A DNA stretch of 64,000 nucleotides, from assembly GCF_009914755.1 (NCBI RefSeq), contig NC_060933.1; one strand, 5' to 3'. How positions within the stretch are numbered: the first letter of the stretch is position 1; the number at the start of each line of letters is the position of its first letter. Positions 33,990-53,803 of this stretch are shown here, piece after piece. The notes under the pieces are model-generated. The model ran no database searches. It had not been told where the DNA came from and was given only the letters and a program-made list of their open reading frames with translations. Position numbers and translations under genes: made by a program. Source of the stretch: the human T2T-CHM13v2.0 reference genome, Homo sapiens.

Positions 33990-34377
33990 TCAAGGCAATA
34001 GAATATTGCAGGAGAGGAGACAGACTGAGCTTAACCCTGAATACAGCATGGGCAGGTGGGAATTTGTAGCTATGGAGCAGTGTGGGAGTCAGTGGATAAA
34101 AAGTTACTAAGAGGAAGGAAATATTAGGGGTGAGGGGGATTCTGGTTAAATCTGCCGAAGCCAGATGGGGGTGATCAGACCTCACCTGGGGGACAGTGGA
34201 AGATGCAGACCCTGATTTCATATGGAGGATGATCAGATATCCAGCATGGGGGTGCTTGCTAAATTGACTAAGTGGGGATTTTTGCTACAACTGGATTTTA
34301 CAAGGACATACATAGATGGGCCTAGGAGAAGGTTCGGGATGCTGACTGACTAAGGTTTCACCAAGCAATCTTTGTCA
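33990..34377 (-). mobile_element. ERV1 LTR (MER31-like), partial
   Basis: The minus strand begins TGACAAAGATTGCTTGG...AACCTTCTCCTAGGCCCATCT...CCTTGTAAAATCCAG. Confidence 0.75.
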
Positions 34378-35193
34378 ATACCAACAAACAAACCCCAAAC
34401 CCAAGAGGCTTAAAACTTAAAGTTTATTTACCGTTTTGATTATTACACATTCTGCAATCATCAGCATAGAATATTAAGTTAGGGATCGCTAAGGGCTTTA
34501 TGAGTTGTTTCTAAATTGTGACCATCAAGTCCCTCCAAATCTCTAATAAATCTGATAAATTCATGAATCAAAGCTATTCTTTGCTGAGAAAAAAATGGTA
34601 CAGTAAAATGTACAAGTTTGATAGAAAAAGCAGATTTTGATTTAAATTAGAAAAGAAACTTTTAAAAAATTAAATATGCTTTCAGTTTTACCCAAGGAAA
34701 CCACACAGGTTACTGCTGCATGCAGAGTGCCAGGCACATGATCCAAAGCTACTGAGACAGCAACCACGTTGTTTCATTTATTTTAAAATATGTATAATCT
34801 GAAAGAGGGGTAGATGCTTCCAGAAAAAGAAAGGCTTGGCTTGTTCCAGTGAAAATAATAGAGATTTTATTAAAATAAATATTTTACCTGAATGACTTGG
34901 ACAATTTGCAAAATTTTTGTTCGAGGGTGATTAAGTGGGTTGCTTTTCTGACCAACTTTCTTTATTTAATGCCGACTGTAAGATCAATTATTTGCTATTC
35001 ATGAACGACCAAAAATAAAACACTCATTGCAAATATTGGAATGTAAAATGCTTCCTCTTGGTTGGATAATGGAGGATGGGGAGGCTTTCATTTTGCTACT
35101 TAAATGAAGCTTCATTCATTTATCTTTATTTTCAGCCTTCATGACTCAATTATAATTACAATCATGTATAATTTTGAATATTCATACAATGAA

Positions 35194-35482
35194 TTTTTTT
35201 TTTTTTTTGAGGCAGAGTATCGCTCTGCCACCAGGCTGGGGTGCAGTGGTGCGATCTCGGCTCACCGCAACCTCCGCCGCCTGGGTTCAAGATATTCTCC
35301 TGCCTCAGCCTCCTGAGTATGACTACAGGCGCATGTCACCATGCCCAGCTAATTTTTGTATTTTTAGTAGAGACGGGTTTCACCATGTTGGCCAGGATGG
35401 TCTCCATCTCTTGACCTCGTGATCTGCCCACCTTGGCCTCTCAAAGTGCTGGGATTAGAGGCGTGAGCCACCACGCCTGGCC
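35194..35482 (-). mobile_element. AluSc-like
   Basis: Full Alu with TTGGCCAGGATGGTCTC..TCTCTTGACC. Confidence 0.9.
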
Positions 35483-35548
35483 CTACAATACAAATTTTTA
35501 ATTGCTGACTTTATTGGCTGTTGCCAGAACATGACTGAATAGATGTGT

Positions 35549-35768
35549 CAGAGTTTCTCACCCTCAGCACTAGTGACATTTTAGGCTGGATAATTCTGTG
35601 TTGTGGGGGCCTGTCCTGTGCATTATAGGATGTTTAACAGCATCTCTGGTCTCTCTCCATGAGATGCCAGCAGCACCCACCCAGCTCCACTTATAATAAC
35701 TGAAGATGCCTCCAGATATTGCAAAATGTCCTCTGAGGGGCAAAATCATACCCTGATTGAGAACCATG
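35549..35768. mobile_element. MER20 hAT-Charlie DNA transposon
   Basis: About 220 bp. CAG..TTTCTCA..CTCAGCACTA.TGACATTTT...CTGTCCTGTGCATT...TTGAGAACCA, with terminal inverted repeats. Confidence 0.88.
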
Positions 35769-36020
35769 GGCCCGATGTTATCATTGAGAAACTAACAAAG
35801 CCTTAATCAGCTTATTAAAAATACATATTTATTAGCTAATATTGAGAAAGAGTGTTCCTCCACTACATATTCTGTTTAGTAACAATACATATTCTAATCC
35901 TCTTTATAAAATATTTACCAAGGGTGCTGTATGAAAGAACATTAGACATTTAAAAACGAAAATGGAATGCTCATTTGACCTAGTCTGTGCCCCGTGAGCC
36001 TAAGGTAAAATGGGGTTTCT

Positions 36021-36331
36021 TTCTTTTTTTTTCTTTTTTTTTTTTTTTTTTGAGATGGAGTCTCGCTCTGTCGCCCAGGCTGGAGTGCAGTGGCGTGATC
36101 TCGGCTCACTGCCTCCCGCCTCCCGGGTTCACGCCATTCTCTTGCTTCAGCCTCCCGAGTAGCTAGCTGGGACTACAAGCGCCTGCCAGGACGCCCGGCT
36201 AATTTTTTGTATTTTAGTAGAGACGGGGTTTCACCGTGTTAGCCAGGATGGTCTCGATCTCCTGACCTCGTGATCCGCCCACCTCCGCCTCCCAAAGTGC
36301 TGGGATTACAGACGTGAGTCACGCGGTCGGC
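36021..36331 (-). mobile_element. AluY
   Basis: Perfect 16-bp TSD GTAAAATGGGGTTTCT at 36005-36020 and 36332-36347. CpG-rich. Confidence 0.94.
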
Positions 36332-36365
36332 GTAAAATGGGGTTTCTAACCATGCAAGTGACTGA

Positions 36366-36824
<459 letters not shown>

Positions 36825-36879
36825 CGTCTCCCCAGAATTCACCTGTGCCTTACTTTAAAAAAATGTTTCCCCTAAATGC

Positions 36880-37016
36880 ATTGCAAATAAAACTAGAGCA
36901 GGAATTTTTAATCTATCTTACTCACTTTTATAAAACTTCTTGCTAGAATATTGTGTGCCTGGGCGCATACAAGACACTGGATATGTGTTAAAAGAATGAA
37001 TGAATGAATGAATGAC
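36880..37016 (+). mobile_element. L2 3' tail ending in (GAAT)n
   Basis: AGAGCAGGAATTTT...GTGCCTGG...GAATGAATGAATGAATGAATGA. Confidence 0.6.
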
Positions 37017-37397
37017 TCAAATATTATCTCAAACTTCACTGGGTACTTTGAGTTTTTACAATAAAGTTCTCATTCACTCTTCCCAGTCACGGTAGGCAGT
37101 TCCTCTCCTCAGTGGATGGCTGCCATTATCTAGAAAATGGGCAGGTGCTATCAATCAATCTGGGTACAATTTAATTTAGGTTAACCGGGATTACCTACTA
37201 CATGATTTTTGAAGGTTCATTGCAAATAATGCAGTTATCCAAGGCAAAACACTAAATATTTCTAGGCCCATTTGATTCCTTAAATATTTTTGCCTCTCGG
37301 TAACTAATGTTCATTTCTGGGATTGGATTTAAATACTGGTCTGAATTCAAGTTTCTTATTTTAATTAAAATCACTTATTTTTTAAATATGCTTTATG

Positions 37398-37718
<321 letters not shown>

Positions 37719-37910
37719 TTATGAAATTTGACATGTAGGAGATAAAAATCTATGCAAATTTCATTAAATATCAATTTGTAAGAAAAATTTACTATACATT
37801 TCTGGTATAAATTTATATTTCTCCCAAATCTCATGCTTTTGGCTTGAAAATATTTTATTTTCCTTACCAGTACAAAGATTAGTACTCTCATTGAAGAAAT
37901 AGTGAGTGAG

Positions 37911-38669
<759 letters not shown>

Positions 38670-39190
38670 GTGAGCATTGGTATAAACTAAAATGCCTTCT
38701 TCAAATTCAGATCAAATTCCTTAAAACTCTAAGCATCTCAAAACATTTTGCTTTTCAGCCCAAGGATTCAAGGCAGTTTATAACCATAATTGCTAAAAAG
38801 CAAAAATAAAAACAAAATGAAAGGCCTACCATGTCTCAAACACCTCTACCTTGTTTACAGTCATGTAGAAGATGACAGTGGAGAAAACTTAGGAGTCCAT
38901 AAGAATTTCAAAATAAAATTACTAAAAAAATGATTATGGTTAAGCAATTATTTTTCAAAATATTTTACTTTGCTATGTTAATCTGTCCAAATTATAGTTA
39001 TCAATTTAAGTATCATTCTCTTTTTAGAAAATCTAAATCAACACAGAGGAAGAATTTGGTGGATAGGATTATAATCCCCCAGGATTTTGGACAGGCCGTG
39101 GAGATAACCCACCAGGTCTGAGTAATACGTGTATTTACTGATAGATGCCTCCATCTATACTTGTGTGCATTTGCATGTGCACATGAGGTG

Positions 39191-39491
<301 letters not shown>

Positions 39492-40186
39492 ACACATGTG
39501 AGTTTTTTATGTGCGTGCGTGTGTACGCATGTTAGGAGTTAAATTTTATTTTTGTTTTGAGCTTCAATATATTGTCATCTAAACTCCAGTAATTTCTACT
39601 TTTCTAAGTATTTTTTGAGAACTAAAATGAAAATAGTTTCTTTGTTTTTAAATGGAAATCTTTCACTGGTTAGAGTTTAGTTTGTTTAGTTTCTTTTAGG
39701 TTTAGGCTAATGTCTGTCATGTCCTATGGCCTATGAACATTTGCCACTATCCTAATGATCTATTCCACGGGTAAACAAACATTTCTGACCTTAACAATTG
39801 TCAATCCAAAAATATGGAAATAATGTATTGTTCTTGTGTTCAATAATGCTACAAACCTGCATAGTTTCCTGTCATAATGTTCAACAGTTTTTGAGGCCAA
39901 CATACTCTATCCCTCTCTGTGCTAAACAGTCTTGAGATTAAGCACACTGTCCTATTTTTGATGAACAACACCAAGAACAAGTGAAAAAAAAACTGCTTGT
40001 TGCAGGGAATAACTGCTCCTGGAAAAAAAAAAAGGCTGAACCAATTCAACAACTTACTTATTGGACTAAGAGCTGATTTATTAAGGTTTGCTTTAAGACT
40101 TAGCTAGCTCCTGCAGTACACAGCTGTTATATCAGAAACTCTGATTAGTCCCAACTTGTTCTGCTCCTTGTAAGACCCTGGGTGAA

Positions 40187-40482
<296 letters not shown>

Positions 40483-40568
40483 AGACCCTGGGTGATTTTA
40501 ACATCCAGCTGAGTCTCTGAAACCCTATGAACACTCTGCCCAATTTTCTATTTTGAGACATGCTATTA

Positions 40569-40857
<289 letters not shown>

Positions 40858-42017
40858 CTCACTGTTTCTTCAATGAGAGTACTAGTAAGTCTAGTAAATG
40901 TAGTTTGCCTGACTAACAAGCTCTAGTATTTTTTTAGGGAGTTAAATGTCAGTTCTAAGGAGGTCAAAGGATATATAAGAAATAACAAGTTTTAAAGTCA
41001 GAAGTGCATTTAAATTTGGGCTTAGAATTTATCTTGCATTTATCCTATTTCAGGAAATATTACCACATATGAAGTGTGGATATTTATGCGTACTTAGCAG
41101 TGGGCTTGAGAATATCACACACAATATTATACGTAGGCTACCATAGAATCTGCAATTATTATAATACCCGAATGCCTCCTACAGCCCTTCTACCTCTTGA
41201 AGACCTTTAAGAATTTGCTTTTTCCACTGAAAATTAGAAAGAACAACATAGCTGAAGGCAGTCCTTGTTCTATTGGGTCATTTGTTGGGATTGTGCTTAT
41301 CCTGCAACTTTGGGGAAGGGAGGCATTTCAACATGAAATGAGGCTGCCTGTAAGTCAGAAAAAGAGTGAAGGAAAATTGAATTTAGCTCTTGCCAGCATT
41401 GCTTGAGGTATTTGGGTGATATAAATTTTTTTTTAAAGGCCACAATGCTTTTAGAATTTTCTTTGCTTGTGATTAGTCATTGTTGGCCTCTTTATGCTTC
41501 TCCCAGAATCATTACAATGCCATGCTTCCCCACTCTTTTCTAAGGACTCTAAAGCCTGGATTTATTTTTTCTGACCCAAGAGGCACAACCAAATGATGTT
41601 TAAGCATCCGCAACCCAGCCAATGTGTGAGGCCATTTCCTCCAAAATACATTCTCCTTTCTTACCTGCCCTCTCTGATTCCTTGTCCAGCCTGGCCTCTT
41701 ATATGGACCCTGATCTTTTATCCTCAATATCCTTTCTTATCCCACGCCCACTGTCTACTTTAGTTTCAATTTCAGCCACTCGTTAGTTTCTTGGTAAACA
41801 AAGTGAATAAACGCCCTTGAAGTCCTGCCATACTGACTCCTTTGGAAACCCAACTCACCATTAAATTGCAGTGTCTTAAATTGTACTCTTTGCATACTGA
41901 TTTATCCTCTGGTACTCAGCTAATTCACGGCTCTCTGAGTCTTGTGTACCTCATTTTCACATGCTCAGGTCAGGGTAGAGATGGCTTTTGTGAGGCCTTG
42001 AGTGGGAGGTGTGAGAG

Positions 42018-42311
42018 TTTGTCCTCTAAACATGCATTTTGACTCTTTTCGTGTTCGTTTTTGCCATCGAGGAGATCAACAGGGGCCCGCTGCTCTTACT
42101 CAACATGTCTTTGGGGTATCACGTCTACAATGCCTGCAACACTGATCAGAGGACTTTGGAGGGCCCTCTGTTTTGGCTGTCAGGAGGGGCCGAGAACCTT
42201 CCCAATTATACATGTGAGAGGCAGAGCAAATCCATAGCAGCGATTGAAGGAACTATATCAGCATTTGTTTCTCAGTTGGAGATGTTGATGGAAATCTACA
42301 AACTACCACAG
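42018..42311 (+). pseudogene. V2R exon 2 (Venus-flytrap domain N-part)
   Basis: FVFAIEEINRGPLLLLNMSLGYHVYNAC...LSGGAENLPNYTC...EIYKLPQ, then donor CAG|GTGAGA at 42312. The 5' boundary is approximate. Confidence 0.93.
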
Positions 42312-42721
42312 GTGAGACAGGATGGGGTGGGTCAGAGATGACATTGAATGTCCTTTGCTGTTATTACAAGGCATGTCAACAAAAGGTGGCTCAGAACAGT
42401 CTTTGAAGCCCCCAAAGGTGACAGAAAGTCCTTGCACTGCCAGTGTTTATTTAGGGTAAGAAGGAGACAGAATGAGATGGGCAGCAGTGAGGCATCCCTG
42501 GCTGGCACAGCCAGGCCAGCTCTGGGAACTCTATATCTGAACACTTACTTTCCAGATTAATTTTTCCCAGAGGGAAGATGATACATTTAAAAAAATGAAC
42601 AAGTAAATCTTCCCCTTTCCAAAAGAAAATGTAGTATCTTCAACTTCAAAATGGTGAAATAATAATTGCTTTATTCTTTACTATCATGCTGTTATTATCT
42701 AACTGCTATATCTCCGAAGAA

Positions 42722-43044
<323 letters not shown>

Positions 43045-43552
43045 TGACTCTCTCCAGAATCGTTTCCTTGACTAATAGTCAAAATTGGAATTTTTATAGC
43101 CCTGTAAACCCACAGATTAGCTTATAGGGAGATTTGGTAAACTGAGATTTTGGGGAGGGGAAGGGATGCTGGCAGAGAAGAAACTTTGTTTACAATTTTA
43201 TTACCCTAGATAATATTAACCAGTTTTGTATGTTTCTTAGAAATTTTATTGTAGCTTACCTGTTTGCCAATGGCTATATGAAACCTTGCTCTTCAAATGT
43301 TCTACAAATCAGGACTTTTGTCTTCAAAATGGTTTTCTCATGAATGAGTTGAGTACAGTTTTAACTCTTGTTAAGAAAAACTCTGAGCATTTTGCCTTTA
43401 CACACGTTCATCAATTTCTCTAGTAATTTACTTGCTAGCTTTGAATTTCTTCTAGGAGTAGAAAGTGAAGTGCCTGATGTATTGTGTTTGTGCCCTTCTC
43501 CCTCAAATCACTTCTGAATACAAATGGATATTGTTTTTCCTTTTCCTCTAAG

Positions 43553-44658
<1,106 letters not shown>

Positions 44659-44866
44659 GTAATGATTTCCGCTAGGGCATTGTCGGCCCTGGAGCCCATC
44701 GATTCTTGAAACATATAGTCATAAATGAGATTTTCTCAAAACCTGCATAATAACTCAGGCAAAACACATTGAAATTTTACATTCTGAATATAAATTCTGA
44801 AAATGAATATGTCTACTTGCTTTTACAATGAGAAACCATATATAGTCCGGAGAGTTTTCAGTTTTG

Positions 44867-44867
<1 letters not shown>

Positions 44868-44907
<40 letters not shown>

Positions 44908-44912
44908 TGTGT
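44868..44912 (+). repeat. (TG)n microsatellite
   Basis: About 22 TG units with one interruption. Confidence 0.95.
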
Positions 44913-45241
44913 AAATGATCATCACATAGATATCTCTGGCTAGAAGAAACTTTGTCATATTTGTTCTAAGATTAAATGTTTGTCCCGTATTTCCAATACT
45001 CATTTTCAATCTGATTTAAATTTTTTGATCTATGATATTAACTGTCTAGAAATGACTGGGGAAAAGAAATTAGTTTTGAGCCCTTACTTTGTGTTCAGCA
45101 TAAATGGTGATTATATTTTTTCTTTTAATTCAAAATAACATTAAGAGATATGAATTGCTATTTCTATTTTATGTATGAGAAAAACTCATATTCAGAGACA
45201 TTCGGTAAAATTCTTACACACTGCCTGTAAATGGATCATCA

Positions 45242-45574
<333 letters not shown>

Positions 45575-45704
45575 TTATTTTCATCAAAGTATAAAGTTGA
45601 ATTTGAGCTTTCAGTCTTCAAGGATCAGGGAGGAACAATGCTTCAGTTAACGTTTCATAGCATAATGCATTTGTTTTTATTACTCCCTGATGCATCCCTT
45701 TTAG

Positions 45705-45922
45705 CTTTACTCTCTTAAGGACCACGGAATTTATGACCAGTGCTGATGATCAGGTACCCAGATTAGAATAGGAACTCTGTTGCATAGTATGATATTCTGA
45801 ATTATTGTAATTTGCCTGATGGTCTCCAACATCAAGGGAAGTTAGGAGAATGTGTTTTCCACGTGGTCAAGATTTTACCATACACGAGGAAAGGATCAAA
45901 TGGGCCATTGTTGTTTTCAGAG
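45705..45922 (+). pseudogene. V2R exon 4 (218 bp)
   Basis: Acceptor CCCTTTTAG| at 45704. LYS-LRTTEFMTSADDQV...*YDILNYCNLPDGLQHQGKLGE...GQDFTIHEERIKWA matches the V2R pattern LHPFLKNIQFTNPAGD...YDIxNFWNFPxG...VKVG...QxLSISEDMIEWA. Donor GAG|GTTAGT at 45923. Confidence 0.88.
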
Positions 45923-46169
45923 GTTAGTCACAATTTCAAAGATAGCTTTTTACTGAATATGGATACCAGAATAGAGTTGATTCATGCAGGTAATTTCACC
46001 TGATTTGAACCCTCTATGTAGTTGATATGTATACACGCCTATACATATGTATGTTGATACGTATCCCACCTATACACGCTTCTACCTTTTAATATTTCTT
46101 ATTCATTGCTTACCGAAGAACAAACATTAAATTGCATAATAAAATGACAACGATGGTAATAATGGTAGT

Positions 46170-46397
46170 GAATAATCATTAACTATGTGCCAAGCATTGT
46201 TTTAGTGGTTTTATGTATGTCTGTTATATTACTCAGAACGCTGCTATGAGTCAGATCCCTTTCATATTTGTTTTAGATAAGAAAAGGGGTGCAAAGGAAC
46301 GTTAAGTAACTTATTCACCATTATACTCTTAGTGATGAGTCACAATTTTAAGCAAAGGAGTTCCTGTCAAAATCCATGGTTTTAACCACAATACTGT
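46170..46397 (-). mobile_element. MIR
   Basis: ACTATGTGCCAAGCATTGT...TTTTAGATAAGAAA...GTTAAGTAACTT...TTAACCAC. Confidence 0.7.
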
Positions 46398-46790
46398 ATT
46401 GGTCCTCAGATTTTTATATCTTATTAAATAATATATTTCTTTCTAAATTTATTTTATTATTTTATCACTACACATGTAACAAAAATGCATTAAATAATAT
46501 ATTTCTAAAATTAAATGTTTTGTTTTTATTTCTACATAAAAATATTTTTGATATTCTGAATTTCTGTTATCTTCCTCATTGTTATAATTAAGATTGTCTT
46601 GGTTTTTATAGTCAATGATACTAACTCTAAACAGTAAGTTTTGTGTCTTTATTTCAAATCCTTATGTTATTTTATAGGAGCTCAATTTTCATCTTTGTGC
46701 ATATCATACCCCTTTCAAATGGAATAATTCTTATATTTCACCTTGATGCTTTCTGTATATTTCTGGTAATAACTTTACTTGTACTGTTAG

Positions 46791-47105
<315 letters not shown>

Positions 47106-47279
47106 ACAGGTTACTCAGACATTCTTTTATGAATTACAAGTTAGTTTGGTGTCTACTAAAATGCGTATGATTTTCTGTAATGATTTGTTAGTATAGATTA
47201 TTAAATTTATATATATGTATATATATATACTTATTAACTTATCCTTGCTTTCCTAGGATAAACTGAAATTGATCATAAT

Positions 47280-47620
47280 TTTTTGATAGACATTATTTTT
47301 TAGAGTAGTTTCACGTTTTAAAAAATTTGAAGAGAAAGTACAAAGAGTATATATACCTCCCTTCCTCCCCGTTTCTCTATAATTTGTATTTTCTATAACA
47401 CTTTGCGTTAGGGTGATGCATGTGTTACAATTGATGAACCAACATTGATACACTATTATTAACTGAAATCCATACTTTAGGGTTCAGTCTGTGTTATAGA
47501 ATTTTATGGGTGTTGACAAATTTATAATGTCATGTATCCACTATTGCAGTATCAGACAAAATATTATGGCTGCCTTCAAAGTCCCTTATGCTCCACCTAT
47601 CCATCCCTCCTTCCTTCTCC
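47280..47620 (-). mobile_element. L1MC 3'-end fragment
   Basis: GTTACAATTGATGAACCAACATTGATACA...TATGCTCCACCTATCCATCCCTCC is the reverse complement of motifs at 12140-12330. Confidence 0.75.
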
Positions 47621-47895
47621 ACCAGGATGCTTTCTTTAATATTTTGTGGTACACAGGGTATTTATATCCATATTCCTAACTGGAAATGTTCTCTAATTTT
47701 ACTTTACCATTCTACGATTTGTTTTGTTATCAATGGTATGCTAGCTTCTCAAATCGAGGAGTCTTTTTCTAATTTATTAAAAGATGAAAATTTACTATTT
47801 CTTGAACACTGTTATTTGGGTATAAGATCACATGGCTCTGATGTGTATCTTGTGGCTCTATTTTTAACAACTAACTCTATTTTAAATTATTATTG

Positions 47896-48577
<682 letters not shown>

Positions 48578-48589
48578 TATTGTTTATTT

Positions 48590-49240
48590 TAACTTTGTAT
48601 TTCTCCTTCAGCTGATGTATAAGTTCTAAGTTATAGGTTTTGTGTTTAAATTTTTTATTTCTTCTTGATCCATTATTTATACGTATATTTAAAATGTAAA
48701 AAAATTAGGATTTTGATTTTGTTGATTGATTACTAATTTAATTGTATTGTAGACAAGAGTCTTGCTCTTTAGCCAGTGAATGCTCAATTTTAATGAACTG
48801 TCCATGTGTACTTGTGAAAAATGAGTAGTCACTGACTTGGAGGTTCAGAGTTCTGTGCATGTTTATTATATCAGTCTTATTCATTATGTTCCTTAAATTA
48901 CTTGTATTCTTCTTTACATTATGTCTAATTAAACTCTTTATTCATGAGGGAGATACATTGATATCTACCATCATGGATAGATTTGTCAAATTTGTCAATT
49001 TCTCCTTGTTATTCCACTGCACAGTTTGTGTTTGAATTGGACTATATGCATATAAAGGCAGATGCTCAATCCTTATATCCTGTTGAGTTCAATTCATGAA
49101 ATAAAAAGTAACCAGTATAGTTTAGCCATTTTTATTCTACTTTATATGTAACTTGATATTTATCACATATATTATTTCTTTGTATTTTTATATGATCTGT
49201 CTAAAATGTACAAAAAATTTCCATGTTACTAATTTTTCAG
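48590..49240 (-). mobile_element. Very old L1M (L1ME-like) ORF2 fragment
   Basis: TCCATGTGTACTTG..AAAATG, GTTCTGTGCATGTTTATTA and TTTGTCAATTTCTCCTTG resemble the L1 endonuclease region on the minus strand. Confidence 0.55.
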
Positions 49241-49439
49241 ATATTACTGTTAAGTGGTAGCATGCTGCCATGACATAGCTGAATTTCCACACTGCCCTAA
49301 CTCTGCTTATCTTTAAAAAACATGACACTTGCTCTAGGAAGTTCCCTTTGTAACCAGACCCACTGACACTTGTTAGAACCAGGATAGCTAAAGCCTCAGG
49401 CTTCATTATAATCTCATTTCCATGCTAAATGGCACTCCT

Positions 49440-50095
<656 letters not shown>

Positions 50096-51026
50096 TCATA
50101 AAAGTTCAAAAAGGAAGGTGGCACTAGGAGTTCTGTGAAGTTGCTGCTCATTCCTGGAAAATGCATGAATATTCTTCCCCTTGCTTTTAATGTCCAATCC
50201 CTTCATTAGAGAAACCCTGTATTTTATTTTAACCTCCTCACCTCTCATTAGTCGAGAAGTGATTTGTGAGCCATGCTTCTCCTTCTCAAGTCCACGGCCA
50301 TCAAGTAAAGCTTGCACTGCTTGGTGCTCACCTTCAGTTTTGTGTATTGCCTTTGCAGCACCGAACAAGTAAAGACCCCATTTTTGGAGGAAGTGGCTTT
50401 GTTTGATAGCATTGCTATGGCTATTAACATGCATATTAGCTCATCCCATAATTCTAATGTTTATATTTATATTTTTTATTTTTTTAAGAATCTTGCTGAT
50501 TGATTTTGTTCATCTCCCAATTCCTGCTCACAATTTGACACCCTATTTGTTTCCTTAAAGAGTTTAAGCCTATACATATTTTGATCCTATATCTGAAAAT
50601 TATAAGGTCTAAAATGCCTTCTGGTTGCATTTTGTTGTTTGTTGTTTATGTTGACTCTTCATTGTGTGGTTTACATGTTCATTTGGTCTTAGTGTCTGTA
50701 TAACTTCATGGTGAGTAATAAATATTTCGAGGGTCAGTCCCTCTTACAGGATTGCCTGTGTTTCATCCAAGCACCTGAGTTGTTAATAATCAGAAGACAT
50801 TTAATTTATGCACTTAAAGTTTTCCTTGACTATACAAATACATTTAAAATTAAATCCCAAACCAGTATGAAGACAAGTTTTTGAATAAAAATTTCTCAGA
50901 AGAGACATTTTTCTCTTTTGCCACCCAGACTCCAAACTGAGGCTGAGAACTTATCTCCTTTCACTGGCAAGAAGATTTTTTTGTTTTCTTTTTCCTAGAT
51001 CATTTCCCTATGAAAGTAGGCCTTCA

Positions 51027-51333
<307 letters not shown>

Positions 51334-51820
51334 TCAATAGTTGTAGCTCTATGGATTGTCTCAAGCCTAAGGTCTTGTCTCCTGTCCCCTCGGTTTTGGT
51401 CATTAAAACACAAGTGACCGTGATCATCTTAATTAGCAAACATTGTGAGGATAGCTTTTGCTTGCTGATCAGCTTTCCCGTTCTGGGTTTCTGTTCCTTT
51501 TTTATTTTTTTCCTTGAGGCTTCTCATAGATTATTGGAGCTAGGCTAGGTTTGTAAGCTTTTGTTGTATTTATCTACCAATTCTAATTGTTTCGTATTCT
51601 GCATATCTGATCTAATTATCACCAGTAGGAGTAGCCTAGGCTAGTTTTTAAAATAAAATGTCTTGAGTGCCCGGATATGTGTTATCAATGTTATTGTTAT
51701 TATACTAGAGATAGCATCATTATACATCCTTTGGACAATTAATCAATATACGGCTTTCAATCACCTTGCTTATCCATTTTGTGTGGACATAATTTAGATT
51801 ATTTGGATATTTGCCTTTAA

Positions 51821-52146
<326 letters not shown>

Positions 52147-52344
52147 ACTTTATTTTACCTTTATCAAAAACATTGCTTTTGTTTCTACTTAATTTTTATT
52201 TTCTAGTATGCATGTTTCAGATAGTTCTAAAAGGTATTACACATCATAATATTTAAATTAATACAATATTATTAATTTTGGAATTTTATAATTCATCTAT
52301 TCTAAATATATGAGGAACACCGACCCCCAGTTTCTTTTCTTCAG

Positions 52345-52463
52345 GCTCTCTACTTTGTGTGCAGCCACAGCTATGGGTCAGAATTTAGAAAATCCCCACA
52401 GGAAGGAAAAGCTGTATGTTGTTTGAACTCAGCACCTAGAGGGTAAGATTTCCAATAAGATAG
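52345..52463 (+). pseudogene. V2R exon 5 (cysteine-rich NCD3G domain, 119 bp)
   Basis: Acceptor TTTCTTTTCTTCAG| at 52344. ALYFVCSHSYGSEFRKSPQEGKAVCCLN...EGKISNKI matches PxSVCSxSCxPGFRKSPQEGKAACCFDC...EISNET. Phase-1 donor TAG|GTCAAC at 52464. Confidence 0.92.
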
Positions 52464-52644
52464 GTCAACAAACAATTTGTTTCTAGCCGTTCTTCAGCGT
52501 CCCCATTAATACAAAAATTGATTAGGATTTGGGTTAGACCTACAAAGTGCCATTCTTTCCCTCATTTATCAATCATGTGATCATTCATGTGATACATTTA
52601 ATGTTCTAATCAGTAGAACATTGCCAGCTTTCTCATGAACTAAT

Positions 52645-52800
52645 GGAGCAAGAACTCACCCCTTACTGGAGGGAAGGCACCAAGCCATCCAGGGGGGACC
52701 CACCCTTATGACCCAGACACCTCCCATTAGCCCCTGCCTTAAACATTGGGGATCATATTTCAATATGAGATTTGAAGGAGACAAATATCAAAACTATTAG
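52645..52800 (-). mobile_element. MaLR LTR fragment (MST/MLT1-like)
   Basis: ATGACCCAGACACCTCCCATTAG...ACATTGGGGATCATATTTCAATATGAGATTTG...CAAAACTATTA. Confidence 0.7.
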
Positions 52801-53360
52801 TAGGTAAATGAGTCTTGTTACATTCTGAGGAAAGAATATTCAAGACAAAAGAACTAGAAGTTCAAAGGCCTTGGGGCAGGAGTTTGTAAACTTGAAAGTA
52901 AATCAAGGCAGCTAATGTGGATGGCTGGAAAATACAGCAAAAAGAAATTGTGGTAGGAGGTGAGGTCTGAGATTTAGAAACATGATAAAAATTTTGATTT
53001 AAAGTGTAATTAAGAGCCATTGGAAAGCTTTGAGCATGGCAGTTAAATGATTTGATTGTTAAAGAGTAACTGCCTGCTTTTTGCAAAATAGACTGAAGTT
53101 GACTCAGGGAATTGGAAGTAGGCAGGCCACTGGGGTTTATTACAATAATCTAGGTAGAGATTACATTGTCTTAGATCAGGACGGCCAAGTGGAAGTGACA
53201 AGAAGTGATTAGAATTAGGAAGTATTTTGATGGGAGAGTCAAGAGGATTCACTGATGTATTAGTTGTGTTTTTTTGTGAAGTAAAAAATCATGAGTAATG
53301 CCCAGATTCTGGACCAGTGCAACTTAATGTCTCATGGTCAATCTAATGGGAGTTTGAGGG
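52800..53360 (-). mobile_element. L2 fragment
   Basis: CAAAGGCCTTGGGGCAGG, GAGCCATTGGAAAGCTTTGAGC and AAGAAGTGATTAGA...CAAGAGGATTCACTGATG. Confidence 0.7.
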
Positions 53361-53803
53361 TGTGTTTTTTTTAATTTTGAAAAAAGCAGTATGCCTTGGT
53401 CATTGCAGTATTTCTAGAATTCAACTAAGGGTCTGGCTCGCCAGTTAAAGCTTTCTTGTGTAAACGAATAAATTTCTTGTATAAATGAATACATTTAAGG
53501 CTTAGCCTGCCAAATAGATATTTGGAATGTCTTAAAGATTGTAATGGTCTCATCATCAGATAAAAAATAGGAGTAGCATGCACATCTATGTAAAAGATAA
53601 AAAAATCTTTCTTCATACAAATGACAAGGGGGATAAATACTGCTAAACTGGAATGAGTTAATTTGTAGCATCTTATAATTTCATGAAATATGAATAGGTG
53701 GACAATGTGCTTTAAGATGACTAATGTTAACATTGTTTAGTCCTGTGAAAAAAGGAAGCATTTCAGAACTTGAGACAATAAGCTTTTGACTTTTTAAAAT
53801 CAG

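Noticed and set aside
41197-41409. Candidate V2R exon 1 (ORF followed by GAG|GTATTT)
   Set aside because: It has no signal peptide or V2R exon-1 motif, and there is an in-frame stop before the donor.
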